64,000 nt of DNA from a virus. The notes under the pieces were generated by a model. It ran no database searches. It was not told the DNA's origin and saw only the letters and a list, made by a program, of their open reading frames with translations. How positions within the stretch are numbered: the first letter of the stretch is position 1; each line of letters opens with the position of its first letter. The stretch spans positions 1,575-65,574 of the IMG/VR virus record IMGVR_UViG_3300050151_000086; one strand, given 5' to 3'. Below are positions 18,650 through 29,082 of this stretch, piece by piece. A program made the position numbers and the translations under genes.

Positions 18650-19480
18650 ATGCGCTTGGCTAAGGTCGCCATGTTTTTCGATGACACGCCCTGTGCCAAT
18701 GGCTACACGGGCGTTCACGCATTCTTCGGCCAGCTTGCGCTGTACGATGACACCAAGCGTGATAGTGAGGTTGGTGAGCGCCGAGTGATCTCGGTTGCCC
18801 CCTCAAGTGTGATCCCAGCTCGTCGGGTAGTCTCTGCTGCAGGCACACGGTTCATCATCGGCCACGCCAGCCCTGACGTGTACGCCGGCAAGGTGATCCG
18901 TCTCGGCTTGGTTGCACACGAGGCAACGGACCTGGTCAACATCCGCACCCTTGCGCAGGCATGCGACAACGTGGCTGCTACGTCAGCCTGGTGTGGCCGA
19001 GCCTGGATCAAGAGCTTGACGGACAACGAGCAAAGCTCGAACCTGGTCCCACAGTTCAATGTTCACTTTTCAGTGACTGAGGCCATCAGCCCCGGTCAGG
19101 TTCTGCTTTACAAGGACGGCACCGTCCTACTTGTCCGCACTGTTCATGATGGTGCTGGTGGCACTCGCGTTGTCCTTGCTGATGTCATGCCGGGCATTGA
19201 GGTCGGCACGATCACGGTGGGTAGCTACAACAAGGTCACTGAGGTCTTCACAGGTTCAAGCGCAGCCGTCCGTGTGCTGAAGGCTCGCTGGCAGTCGCTC
19301 TACACCTACCGCAACTACGCCTCGCCGAAGTTCGGCCCTGAGGACCTACAGCTCATCATTTCCAGTTCGGTCGCAATTGTGCCTGGTGCCAAAGTGACCC
19401 TCTCGGATGGCATCTGGCAGATCGACTCCGCGTTTGATGAGGCAGGCGTCTGGAAGTGCAGAGCAGTCAGACATGGTTGA
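18650..19480 (+). CDS. Putative head closure / neck protein
   Basis: Synteny, beta-rich, 276 aa. Confidence 0.5.
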   Translation: MRLAKVAMFFDDTPCANGYTGVHAFFGQLALYDDTKRDSEVGERRVISVAPSSVIPARRVVSAAGTRFIIGHASPDVYAGKVIRLGLVAHEATDLVNIRTLAQACDNVAATSAWCGRAWIKSLTDNEQSSNLVPQFNVHFSVTEAISPGQVLLYKDGTVLLVRTVHDGAGGTRVVLADVMPGIEVGTITVGSYNKVTEVFTGSSAAVRVLKARWQSLYTYRNYASPKFGPEDLQLIISSSVAIVPGAKVTLSDGIWQIDSAFDEAGVWKCRAVRHG

Positions 19481-20012
19481 TGTACCTCTGGATGCCTCAT
19501 GGGACAACCTTGATGAGGCATTTGCGTCACTTGAAAATGAGTGCGCCGACATCATCCGAGGACTGACCGTTGAGGTGTGGGAGGGGGTCCTCAACCGCAC
19601 ACCACAGTGGTACGGTCGGATGGTAGTCAGCTACACCTACAGCCTGAACATACCCATTACGGTTGATAGGTCCTATGCGATTGGCCCACAGGAAACACTT
19701 CACGGTGACGAGGCCCTGGCCTACGTCAGATCGCGGGGTGACCAAGAAGCAGTAGACCTCGCCAACTTCTTCAGCCTTGGCAAGGACAAGCCCTACAAAC
19801 TGGGTGATACGGTCTGGATCACCAACGGTGTTGACCACGGTGAAGGCGGCTACTCGCAGGCCATTGAGGATGGACTGATCAGTCTCCGATCAGTTAATCG
19901 TCCAGGAGCCCCGGCACAGCGCACCCTTGACTCGGTTGCCGCTCGATACGGCAAGAATATCTCAGCTAACCGGGCTGCGATCCTGAAGACCACCACCATC
20001 TCATCAGCCTGA
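19473..20012 (+). CDS. Putative tail completion / neck protein
   Basis: RTPQWYGRM...ITNGVDH...IEDG pattern; synteny. Confidence 0.55.
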   Translation: MVDVPLDASWDNLDEAFASLENECADIIRGLTVEVWEGVLNRTPQWYGRMVVSYTYSLNIPITVDRSYAIGPQETLHGDEALAYVRSRGDQEAVDLANFFSLGKDKPYKLGDTVWITNGVDHGEGGYSQAIEDGLISLRSVNRPGAPAQRTLDSVAARYGKNISANRAAILKTTTISSA

Positions 20013-20014
20013 TC

Positions 20015-20416
20015 ATGTTCAGTGAAATCGTCTCATCCATCTATGGCCTGGTCGACCCTGGCTTCGAGGTTGCAAACCCAGGTGTCATTCTGGTTTTGGA
20101 GAACCAGCCATTCGACTGGGACAACCCGCCGCAGCGGTTCGTCGAGTTCGAGGTCAAGCTCTACAGCGGCCACCAGATCGGCATGTCGAACAAGCCGGGC
20201 ACCCGCCTCTCTGGTTACGTCTACGCCTGCGCCTACGCCAAACTGGGTACGGGCACCTTGGACTCACTCCGCGCTTTGGAGTGGATCGCGGACCTCCTGA
20301 AGTACAGGTCAGTGTCTGGCGTCCAGTTCCAGGCACCGGAGGTCACGGACTCAAAGCCCTTCAAGGGCTGGCAGACCACCGACCTCAAGGTTGCTTTTCA
20401 CTCCGACAAGGCCTAA
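20015..20416 (+). CDS. Putative tail terminator
   Basis: 133 aa directly before tail tube. Confidence 0.55.
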   Translation: MFSEIVSSIYGLVDPGFEVANPGVILVLENQPFDWDNPPQRFVEFEVKLYSGHQIGMSNKPGTRLSGYVYACAYAKLGTGTLDSLRALEWIADLLKYRSVSGVQFQAPEVTDSKPFKGWQTTDLKVAFHSDKA

Positions 20417-20483
20417 GGCCTACCAAACAGGGCGCATCCGCGTCTACAATTCCATCTGACGCTTTCGCAAAACAGGACGCACC

Positions 20484-21776
20484 ATGCCGCAACTTTCCTC
20501 ATCGAACCGCTCACAGCTTTCGTACAAGCTGGAGGGCGCCTACCCGACGAACTGGGGTGCTCCGCAGGGCGGCAATGGTGTGTTGCTGAACATGCTGTCG
20601 GAGTCGTTCAACTTCGACATCAAGACCCTGTCGTCCAAGGCGATCCGCTCTGACCGCCAGGTGCCCGACGTGTCGCTGGTCAGTGCCATGGCGAACGGCG
20701 GATTCGCTTTCGAGCACGTCTACAAGGAGTATGACCCGTTCATCGAAGGCGTGATGCAGTCGACGTTCACCCCGTTCGGCACGCTGGGTGTGACGGCGGC
20801 CTTGCCGGCGATCACCAGCATTGTCACGGCATCCAGCATCACCACGATCACCTTCGCTTCGGCCACGTCGGGCAATGACCTGCTGACCTTGCTGCACAAG
20901 GGTCAGTGGATCATCCTGGAGGCGCCTGCCGCCGCGACGCAAGCCGTCAAGGACTACATGAACCGCCGCGCTCTGCGTGTGTCGCTGGCGACTGCTCCGA
21001 CCTCGACTGTGCTGGTGCTGGATGCCTCGACCCCGCTGGACACGGCTGTTGTCGGCGCCACCATGGCAGCCGGCACCATCATCGGCTCCTCGCGTATCGG
21101 TCCCGTCGCCCTGACCGGCTACAACCCCGTGAATGTGATGAAGTCGTACACGGTCGAGGTGCAGCACGCCGACATCGGTCAGTTCCGCCAGTACAAGGGC
21201 ATGATCCCCTCGAAGATGGCGCTGAAGCTGGCTGTGGGCGAGATCGTGACGGGCTCGTTCGACTTCATGGGCAAAGACTTTTCGCTGCTCCAGGCCACGA
21301 GCATGGGCACCCCTGCTGCGTCCCAGGCGTTCACGCCGGCCAACGCGACCAAGGGCGTGTTCGACCTCTTCGAGAACGGCACCTCGATCTCGGCGATCAC
21401 CTACATCAAGTCGGCCGAGCTGAACATCGACAACACGCTGCGCGGCCAGGAAGCCGTGGGCGTGTTCGGCTACGCGGGCGTCGGCGCCGGCACGATGCAG
21501 ATCACCGGCAAGCTGGAGGTGTACTTCGCTGAAGCGACGCTGTACCAGCGCTTCCAGAACGGCACCGCTTCGAGCTTGTCGATCCCGGTGCTGGACGTGG
21601 ACGGCAACGGCTACGTCTACTACTTCCCGAAGATTCGCTACACGTCGGGCAAGGTCTCGGTCGGTGGCCTCGACCAAGACAACATGTTGTCGCTGGACTT
21701 CCAGGCTGTGCCTGACACCTTGGTCGGCTCTCCGACCTTCGGCCAGTCGGTTGTCATCTACCGCGTCGGCACCTGA
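20484..21776 (+). CDS. Major tail tube protein
   Basis: IRSDRQVPD, AMANGGFAFE, ITGKLEVYF motifs of tail_tube-type proteins; RBS CAGGA. Confidence 0.85.
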   Translation: MPQLSSSNRSQLSYKLEGAYPTNWGAPQGGNGVLLNMLSESFNFDIKTLSSKAIRSDRQVPDVSLVSAMANGGFAFEHVYKEYDPFIEGVMQSTFTPFGTLGVTAALPAITSIVTASSITTITFASATSGNDLLTLLHKGQWIILEAPAAATQAVKDYMNRRALRVSLATAPTSTVLVLDASTPLDTAVVGATMAAGTIIGSSRIGPVALTGYNPVNVMKSYTVEVQHADIGQFRQYKGMIPSKMALKLAVGEIVTGSFDFMGKDFSLLQATSMGTPAASQAFTPANATKGVFDLFENGTSISAITYIKSAELNIDNTLRGQEAVGVFGYAGVGAGTMQITGKLEVYFAEATLYQRFQNGTASSLSIPVLDVDGNGYVYYFPKIRYTSGKVSVGGLDQDNMLSLDFQAVPDTLVGSPTFGQSVVIYRVGT

Positions 21777-21790
21777 CACTGACAGAACTA

Positions 21791-21815
21791 GAGGGTAGGC
21801 AGTAGACCTACCCTC
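21791..21815 (+). other. Intergenic RNA hairpin without U-tract
   Basis: GAGGGTAGG-CAGTAGA-CCTACCCTC. Confidence 0.6.
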
Positions 21816-21844
21816 AGTACCACCCACCACCACAAGGAATCATC

Positions 21845-22240
21845 ATGGACATCTTCGCCCAATACGCCACCGACGAGACCCTCGAAAACAGCGGCACTTG
21901 GTTTGATCTGGGTGGCGACGCCCGCGTTCTGGTTGCCCGCTCGGGCAACAAGGCTTTCGGCAAGGTGCTGACCAAGCAAGTCGAGCTGGCCCGCAAGACG
22001 CTGGACCGCAACGACGAAGTCGCCGAAGCCAAGAGCCAGGAGATCATGATCGGCGCGATGGCTCAGGGCATCCTGCTGGGCTGGGAAGGCCTGAGCTTCA
22101 AGGGCAAGGCGCTGGACTACAGCCTGGACAACGCCAAGACCCTGTTGGCCGTCAAGGACTTCCGCCGTCAGATCGAGGTGTTCTCGAACGATGTCGACGC
22201 CTACCGCGCCAAGCTGGAGGCGGAGCAGGGGGAAGCCTAA
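21845..22240 (+). CDS. Tail assembly chaperone (gpG-like)
   Basis: Between tail tube and tape measure; ends at slippery site. Confidence 0.8.
   Translation: MDIFAQYATDETLENSGTWFDLGGDARVLVARSGNKAFGKVLTKQVELARKTLDRNDEVAEAKSQEIMIGAMAQGILLGWEGLSFKGKALDYSLDNAKTLLAVKDFRRQIEVFSNDVDAYRAKLEAEQGEA
22228..22234 (+). other. Programmed -1 frameshift slippery site G-GGG-GAA
   Basis: The -1 frame is open (GSLRAYLEWQ...ALFKLIKE) into ORF 22291-22587. Confidence 0.75.
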
Positions 22241-22587
22241 GGGCCTACCTGGAGTGGCAGCTCCAGCACGGTGACCCGAAGAGCCAGGCCTTGTTCAAGC
22301 TGATCAAGGAAGACACTGGCAAGGATCACCCTGCACTCAGCAACAAGCCGGCGCTCAGAAGCGACTGCATCAAGTACCACGATGCTTTCTGCTTTCTGGG
22401 CGCTAGTCGTTTGTGGAGCCAGGTAGGCCCCAACCCGATCCAAGTGAGTGAGGTTGAGTCCATGTTGCGGATGATGGGCATTGAATCGAGTGAGACTCAG
22501 TTGAAGTACCTGAGGCTCATACAACGGATGGACCGAGTCGAGATGAAGCACCTCTCGGAACAAATGAAAGCAGCGAGGAAGACATGA
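22231..22587 (+). CDS. Tail assembly chaperone gpT part (gpGT fusion via -1 frameshift)
   Basis: Contains LGASR..SQVGPNPIQVSEV, typical of gpT-like tails. Confidence 0.7.
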   Translation, partial: GSLRAYLEWQLQHGDPKSQALFKLIKEDTGKDHPALSNKPALRSDCIKYHDAFCFLGASRLWSQVGPNPIQVSEVESMLRMMGIESSETQLKYLRLIQRMDRVEMKHLSEQMKAARKT

Positions 22588-25500
22588 CCACTACCGCGAA
22601 TCTGTCAGTTGGCATCAACACCGGTGCAGCTAAGGAGGCACTCAAGGAGTTGAAGCAGGCCATGGCTGGCTCGATGAACACCCTTGCGGTGAGTATCGAC
22701 CCGAACTCCATTGACCGACAGATCGCGGGCTTCTTCAAGCAGCGGACATTCAAGTTCAAGACTGATGTTGCCAGCTTCAAAGAGATTGCTGCAGAGATTG
22801 AGAATGAGTTGGGTGTCGGTGTCAACCGGGCCTTCTCGAAGAACCGCGAGTTGCGTTGGAACTTCGCGCAGTTCGATGCCAGCCTTGGTGCAGCATTCAA
22901 GCGCAGCTTCGACTTTAAGGACCGCAAGGTCCTGTTTGACAGTACAGGCCTGACACGCTCCCTTGAGCTGGCGATCCAGGGCGCGTTCGCCGTACCCAAG
23001 CACGTCAGCATCAATACGGACGGAGTCAAGGAGCAGCTTGCCGGCCTGAAGGTGGGTGTGTCGGCCACCATGCCGGTGCCCCCACGTGCGGCGTTGAGCC
23101 AGGCACCGGCTGCCGCCTTCGACCAGCGGATGGGCGAATCCATGACCACGATGGTCCGCTCTATCCTGGTTGGCCCGCTGGATGAGCTGGCGAAGGCCGT
23201 GGCGACCCTTGGCGCCTCCGCACGCAAGGTGGGTGGGGGTATGGGTGCCGGAGGGGCTGCCAGTGCCTCAAAATCCATCGCCTCGACTGGGCCTGATGGG
23301 TTCCGTACCACCTACCGCGAGAAGTTGGAGAACCCGGCCGACGCTCTCACGGGTATCCAGAGTGCCACGGCCCTTGAAAAGGCCAGCCAAGCGCACTCGC
23401 GTCGCCGCAACTTCGAGAACAATCTCGACCTTGCTGATGTACGTCAGGCTGAGCGTCGGGCAGAGGCAGACCGCAAGGCTGCTGAATTGGCTGCGTCTGA
23501 AGTCGGACCAAACCGCGAGACCTTGCTTGGACTCCGTGATCAGTCCAGCTCACGTGCTCGCCAGTTCTACATGCGTCGCCGCAACTTCGAGAACAATCTC
23601 GATCTCGCTGATGTACGTCAGGCTGAGCGTCGGGCAGAGGCAGACCGCAAGGCTGCTGAATTGGCTGCGTCTGAAGTCGGACCAAACCGCGAGACCTTAC
23701 TGAAGCTGCGCGATCAGGCCAGCACAGTAGCAGCTCAGGCCGCAAAGGCTGCACAGGCTGCGCAGGTCCAGAACCTCATCAGGTCCACCAAGGCCGCTGC
23801 GTCTGACCAGTACACCAGCAAGGGCCAAGCGTTGCTGGCCTACCAGGCTGTGAAGGAGAACTTCGGCGGGAATACTGCCGATGCCACGTTCAACAGTCGC
23901 TGGCTTGCTGAGAACCTTGGCAACCTGGAGAAGTACCGCGTCAAGGTCAAGGAGACCGCTGATGATGTTGCCCGCAACATGCGCAGCGCGATGCAGACTG
24001 TCTACAACACTGCGAAGTGGACGGCAGCGGGCCAGACAAACTCTGATGGTAGTGCCAAGTTCACTGCGCGGGGCACGCAGGTTGCGGGCGCTACCGCACT
24101 CATTGGGAAGTACGGCCAGACCGATGGGGGTATGGCACAGGTCAAGGGCTTCCTGAACAACGACGCGCTCGTCGCGGAGGCCAGCCTGATCGCCTCAGGC
24201 GCAAAGGGGCTGGATGCCTACCACGCGGCCATCAAGAAGGCCAGTGTGGCTGGCAACGAGCACACCCAGATCAACAAGGCGATGAGCCAGAGCCTGGGTG
24301 AGGTTCATTCCAGCGTGCGAGGTCTGGCCGGTGGGCTGGGCATGCTGTGGGCAACCTGGGGCAGTACGGTCCCGCTGCTGGCTGGCGCAGCCATCGCAGC
24401 CGGCCTCAAGGGCGTATACGACGAGGGCAAACGGGTTGAGTACCAACTTGCGTTCATCAAGGGGCTGTCTGGCACTACGCTGAACCAGAAGGACATCGAA
24501 TCGTCTGTCGCCGGGTCGCTCTTCGGGGTCAAAGACGCCCTGGATGGTTTGCGCTCCTTGACTCAGTCTGGCCTCACCGCCAAGGAGGCAGTTGCAGCTC
24601 TGCCTGACGTGCTCCAGCTCGCCACGGTCGGTGAAGTCTCCGTGGGTGACGCTGCCTTCGCAGCTACCGGCGTACTGAAGGCATTCGGCTTGTCCATCAA
24701 CGAGGTGGGCCGGGTCTCTGATGTCATGGCAAAGGCATCTGCGATGTCCAACGCCAGCGTACAGGACATGATGCAGGCGTTCAAGTACGCCTCGGCATCT
24801 TCTGCGCTGTACGGCGTCTCCCTGGAGGAGACCGGCGCTGCACTGGCGATGCTGTCTGAGAAGAACATCAAGGGGTCGATGGCGGGCACGGCCCACATGA
24901 ACCTGTTGCGGGAAATCTACACCCCGACTGGCAACGCGGCAAAGGCGTTCAAGGTCCTTGGCCTGAACATGGAGGAGATGCAGCGTAAGGGCATGTCGAG
25001 TGTGGACATGCTCGACGCGATCCGCACCAAGACGGCGGCACTGGATTCCACCGGCCTGCGGGCCTTCACCGCTGTGATCGGCGGTGAGCGTGGCTCACGC
25101 GAGCTGGCACCACTCCTTGAGGGCGGGACCAAAAAGCTGAAGGATGTCGAGAACCAACTGAATGAGTCCAAGGGATTCACTCAGGCCGTCATGCTGCAAC
25201 TGCAAGACACTGTTGAAGCGTCCTCTGCCCGTATGCGTCAGTCACTGACGATGGCCTTCAGCGGTGCGTTCGAGGACAGCAAGGGCCAGGTCCAGAGGTT
25301 CAACGACACCCTCGCCACGGCCTTCCGTAGCGAGGGCTTCCGCAGCTCTGTCGAATCCATGGCAAGTGCTGTGGTAAACCTGACTCGCTTCATGAGCGAC
25401 CATGCCAGCACACTCCTGCTGGTTGTCGAGGCATACGCAGCCCTCAAGGTAGTGCAGATCGTCTCCGGCATCATGTCTGGACTCACTGCTCAGGTGTTCA

Positions 25501-28022
25501 TGTTGAGCGGAGCCATGACTGCGCAGGCAGCAGCCACTGCTACGGCGGCGACGGCCATCGGCTGGCTCAGCCGTGCCATGGGCCTGCTCTCATCGTCCTT
25601 CGGGATCATCAGCCTGGTGGTGGGTGCCGCAGTGGTCGCTTACCAGATGCTGACCTCACGCACCGATGAGGCGCGGGAGGCTCAGGACAGGTACAACAAC
25701 CGCACGGCCAACACGCTCAACCTTCTTGACGAGGAGATCAAGCGCCTGAAGATGAAGCGGGAGTTGATCGAGAACCCCGGTAAGTCTGAAGCTCAGGTGA
25801 CAGTGAAGACCGAGACAGACCGCCTCAGGAACCATATCGAGTCTGTGGAAGCGGCCGATAGGTTTCTGAAGCAGGAGTCGGCGAAGGGCAGCTCTGGCAT
25901 CCGTGAAGTTGGTGTCCTGATGGCCGATGGCAGCTCACAACGCATGGACCAGTACGCGGTCATGCAGGCCATGAAGCAGGTAGCCAAAGAGCGTGAGGAC
26001 CTCTCCGTTCGGATGAAGAAGTCAGCGGAGGTTGATGCTGAGTCCGCCGCATTGGATGCCTCGACTGCGCGGGCGTCTATGCAGACCTGGCTTGCACAGG
26101 CGAAGGACGGTCTGCGTGCCCGCATGGAGCTGACCAAGGACCCGAAGAAGCTGGCGAACATGTCGTCGGCCCTCAACTCGCTCAGCAAGTACGAGTCTGA
26201 AGAGGGTCTGTCTGGCATCTACTCAGCCAAACAGGCTGAGCAGGTCCAGAAGAGGCTGATGCCGTTCAAGGATACCGAGGGCAGTGGCTTCACGATGCCA
26301 AAGACGGGTAAGGTCGACCGCCAGCCGGAGAAGGACGCCTTCGCCGCCCTGGCTGAGAAGGAGGCGCAGTACAACCGTGAGACGGCACTCCTCGACTCCA
26401 GCTACAAGACGCAGGAGGCAATCCTCAAGGCCCGGGAGAGCGCGAAGCTGATCACGCTGGGTGAGTTTGAGACGCGGCAGGACGAGCTTGCCCGCAACCA
26501 CCTCCAGGGCCGGCAGGACCTGGCAGCCACGATGCTGCGTGATGTCAAGTCGTTCGCTGACGCCAACCCACTCTTCAAGGACGACAAGAAGGCTCGCCTT
26601 GACACGTGGATTGAGAACGCCAAGAACAAGGTGCGCCTTGTCGAGGATGACGCACGTGAGGCCATTGGCAAAGCGGATGCCGCAGTGCAGGGCAAGCTGA
26701 AGGCTATCGCTGAGGCTGGTGCCGATGCTCGCATCGAGAGCGTCCTGCGTGACATGAAGATGCTGCGCGAGCTGTCGAAGACATCGCAGGAGCTTGATCT
26801 CGGACTCATCCAGGGCGCTGGTCCTGCCGCACAGCAGTCCATGTTTCCGAAGGAGTACGTCAACAACCTGAGCACATCAGGGCTGAGCGATGCGTCAAGG
26901 GTTGCGGTCAACGCAGAGCGGGAGAACCAGCGCCGAGACAACTACGAAGCCAGGATGGCGAAGAAGTTTTCTGAAACGACGCTCCGGGGTGCGGGGGCAA
27001 AGGACACGTCCGTCAAGGCGGCGATGGCTGCTTACGATGGGTACGAGTCCAAGATTGTCCAGTTCACGAAGGACGCTGAGGCTGTAGGCCGGGACCTCGA
27101 ACGCCTTGTTGGCGAGCGTGACGCCTTGGTTGCCCGCATGGTTGACCCATCGGCATCTGTCCAGATGATCGACAGGCTGACCGACAAGGTCGCAACTCTC
27201 AACGGGGACATCGCCAAGGCGACGAAGAACTCAGAGTTGGTCAAGGCCAACCTCAGCGAGCAGGACAAGTTACGCAACCAGTCGGCTGAAGCCATGGGAG
27301 CCGCAGCCGGCAAGGTCTACGAGCAGCAGCGCACTCCCGAGTACGGGATGATCAGCTTTTGGAAATCGTATGTACGTGAGGCTGGCGATGCCGCCAAGCT
27401 GGTCAACAACGTGATGGGTCAGAGCTTCTCGTCGATTGAGGCAGGCCTGCTGCAGTTCGCCACTACCGGCAAGCTGCACTTCAAGTCGTTCGCGTCTAGC
27501 GTGATTGCTGACGCTGCTCGGATGATGGCGGCCAACGGGATCAAGCAACTCCTGTCGATGGGTTTGAACTTCGTCATGTCAGCGATGGGTGGGGGGAGTA
27601 ATAACTACACTGGTGCTGGAAACACAGGCTCTGGGATCGGTAACGCTGGTGCTGGGGACTATGCCAGTCTCACGACCAGCGCAAACGGCAATATCATGAC
27701 CAGCGCTGGCCCCTTGGCATTGCAGAAGTACGCCAACGGCGGCATCGCACGTACCCCACAGCTCAGCCTGTTCGGTGAAGGCAAGCTGCCCGAGGCCTAC
27801 GTCCCCCTGCCGGACGGCCGCACCATCCCCGTCACCATGAGCGGCGGGGGCGGTGGCGCCATCCAGGTCAGCAGCACCATCAACATTGCCAGCGATGGAA
27901 AATCTCAGGTAGAGTCTGACGTTTCCGGCGAAAAGGCAGCACAATTGCAGCAGATGGTCGACCAGGCGGTGGTCAGCATCATCCAACGCGAAAAGCGCCA
28001 CGGCGGCATCCTCTCTGCATAA
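22584..28022 (+). CDS. Tape measure protein, 1812 aa
   Basis: Long helical protein, TP901-like core, hydrophobic segment, ANGGI/GEG..PEAYVPL C-terminus. Confidence 0.93.
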   Translation: MTTTANLSVGINTGAAKEALKELKQAMAGSMNTLAVSIDPNSIDRQIAGFFKQRTFKFKTDVASFKEIAAEIENELGVGVNRAFSKNRELRWNFAQFDASLGAAFKRSFDFKDRKVLFDSTGLTRSLELAIQGAFAVPKHVSINTDGVKEQLAGLKVGVSATMPVPPRAALSQAPAAAFDQRMGESMTTMVRSILVGPLDELAKAVATLGASARKVGGGMGAGGAASASKSIASTGPDGFRTTYREKLENPADALTGIQSATALEKASQAHSRRRNFENNLDLADVRQAERRAEADRKAAELAASEVGPNRETLLGLRDQSSSRARQFYMRRRNFENNLDLADVRQAERRAEADRKAAELAASEVGPNRETLLKLRDQASTVAAQAAKAAQAAQVQNLIRSTKAAASDQYTSKGQALLAYQAVKENFGGNTADATFNSRWLAENLGNLEKYRVKVKETADDVARNMRSAMQTVYNTAKWTAAGQTNSDGSAKFTARGTQVAGATALIGKYGQTDGGMAQVKGFLNNDALVAEASLIASGAKGLDAYHAAIKKASVAGNEHTQINKAMSQSLGEVHSSVRGLAGGLGMLWATWGSTVPLLAGAAIAAGLKGVYDEGKRVEYQLAFIKGLSGTTLNQKDIESSVAGSLFGVKDALDGLRSLTQSGLTAKEAVAALPDVLQLATVGEVSVGDAAFAATGVLKAFGLSINEVGRVSDVMAKASAMSNASVQDMMQAFKYASASSALYGVSLEETGAALAMLSEKNIKGSMAGTAHMNLLREIYTPTGNAAKAFKVLGLNMEEMQRKGMSSVDMLDAIRTKTAALDSTGLRAFTAVIGGERGSRELAPLLEGGTKKLKDVENQLNESKGFTQAVMLQLQDTVEASSARMRQSLTMAFSGAFEDSKGQVQRFNDTLATAFRSEGFRSSVESMASAVVNLTRFMSDHASTLLLVVEAYAALKVVQIVSGIMSGLTAQVFMLSGAMTAQAAATATAATAIGWLSRAMGLLSSSFGIISLVVGAAVVAYQMLTSRTDEAREAQDRYNNRTANTLNLLDEEIKRLKMKRELIENPGKSEAQVTVKTETDRLRNHIESVEAADRFLKQESAKGSSGIREVGVLMADGSSQRMDQYAVMQAMKQVAKEREDLSVRMKKSAEVDAESAALDASTARASMQTWLAQAKDGLRARMELTKDPKKLANMSSALNSLSKYESEEGLSGIYSAKQAEQVQKRLMPFKDTEGSGFTMPKTGKVDRQPEKDAFAALAEKEAQYNRETALLDSSYKTQEAILKARESAKLITLGEFETRQDELARNHLQGRQDLAATMLRDVKSFADANPLFKDDKKARLDTWIENAKNKVRLVEDDAREAIGKADAAVQGKLKAIAEAGADARIESVLRDMKMLRELSKTSQELDLGLIQGAGPAAQQSMFPKEYVNNLSTSGLSDASRVAVNAERENQRRDNYEARMAKKFSETTLRGAGAKDTSVKAAMAAYDGYESKIVQFTKDAEAVGRDLERLVGERDALVARMVDPSASVQMIDRLTDKVATLNGDIAKATKNSELVKANLSEQDKLRNQSAEAMGAAAGKVYEQQRTPEYGMISFWKSYVREAGDAAKLVNNVMGQSFSSIEAGLLQFATTGKLHFKSFASSVIADAARMMAANGIKQLLSMGLNFVMSAMGGGSNNYTGAGNTGSGIGNAGAGDYASLTTSANGNIMTSAGPLALQKYANGGIARTPQLSLFGEGKLPEAYVPLPDGRTIPVTMSGGGGGAIQVSSTINIASDGKSQVESDVSGEKAAQLQQMVDQAVVSIIQREKRHGGILSA
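23399..23698 (+). repeat. 126-bp near-identical direct repeat (period 174 bp) in tape measure
   Basis: 23399-23524 versus 23573-23698, 2 mismatches seen. Confidence 0.9.
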
Positions 28023-28028
28023 CCCACC

Positions 28029-28367
28029 ATGACAACACTGAACCTCACCAAGCCGGACCAGGGGGCCTCACGCGAGGTCACCCCCAGGGTCAAGTCGATC
28101 TCGTTCGGGGATGGGTATGAAATGCGTGCGGGCGACGGCATCAACACCTTGAGCGAGGTGTGGAGCCTGTCCTGGACCGGCCGGCTACTGAGTGAGATCA
28201 CAGCCCTGGACACGTTCATGAAGACCCAGGCCGGCATCCTCTGGTTCTACTGGACGACGCCCCTCGGAGTCACCCTGAAGTTCATGTGCAAGAAGTGGAG
28301 TGTGAGCTACAACAACGACTATGACTCGTCGATGACTGCCACCTTCACGCAGGACTTCGGCCTGTGA
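28029..28367 (+). CDS. Minor tail protein, lambda gpM-like (distal tail)
   Basis: SFGDGYEMRAGDGIN...FYWTTP. Confidence 0.85.
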   Translation: MTTLNLTKPDQGASREVTPRVKSISFGDGYEMRAGDGINTLSEVWSLSWTGRLLSEITALDTFMKTQAGILWFYWTTPLGVTLKFMCKKWSVSYNNDYDSSMTATFTQDFGL

Positions 28368-29080
28368 CTACCATCGCCGAACGCCTGCAGCAGTTGACGC
28401 CAGGCTCAATCGTTGAGATGTACGAGATCGACATCTCTCCGATCACCAAGACCAACACTGCGTCAGACCACCTCTACTTCTTCAACGACATCAACCCACA
28501 AGGCCAGCCCCTGGTGTGGAAGGGCATCCTCTACCAGCCCTGGGCGGTGAAGGCTGAAGGCTTCGAGATGACGACGAAGGGTGCCATGCCACGGCCCAGC
28601 TTTGTGGTCGGCAACACGTCGGGTGTAGTGACTGCGCTGTGCGTGGCTTACGACGACCTGGTCGGTGCCCGCTTCATCCGCCGCCGCACCTTGGTGGAGT
28701 ATCTGGACGCGGCGAACTTTGTGGGTGGCAACGCCACTGCAGACTCGACGCAAGAGCTGCCGGACGATGTCTTCTTCATTGAGCGCAAAGTCACGGCCAA
28801 CCGGATGTCTGTGGAGTGGGAGCTGTCCTCGGCGATGGACTTCCAGGGAGTGATGCTTCCGTCTCGGATCATCACCGCCACCTACTGTCCCTGGCGATAC
28901 CGCAGTGCAGAGTGCAGCAAGACGGGCACGTCCAACATGTTTGATGTCAACGGCAACACCGTCACTTCGCAGGCGCTGGATGTCTGCGCTAAGACTCTGT
29001 CTGCGTGCAAGTTGCGATTCGGCGCAAAGAACCCCCTGCCGTTCGGCGGCTTCCCCGCGTCACGTGTCTACAAGGGCTGA
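28364..29080 (+). CDS. Minor tail protein, lambda gpL-like
   Basis: YCPWRYRSAEC...DVCAKTLSACKLRFG...PFGGFP Fe-S Cys motif. Confidence 0.92.
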   Translation: MTTIAERLQQLTPGSIVEMYEIDISPITKTNTASDHLYFFNDINPQGQPLVWKGILYQPWAVKAEGFEMTTKGAMPRPSFVVGNTSGVVTALCVAYDDLVGARFIRRRTLVEYLDAANFVGGNATADSTQELPDDVFFIERKVTANRMSVEWELSSAMDFQGVMLPSRIITATYCPWRYRSAECSKTGTSNMFDVNGNTVTSQALDVCAKTLSACKLRFGAKNPLPFGGFPASRVYKG

Positions 29081-29082
29081 CC

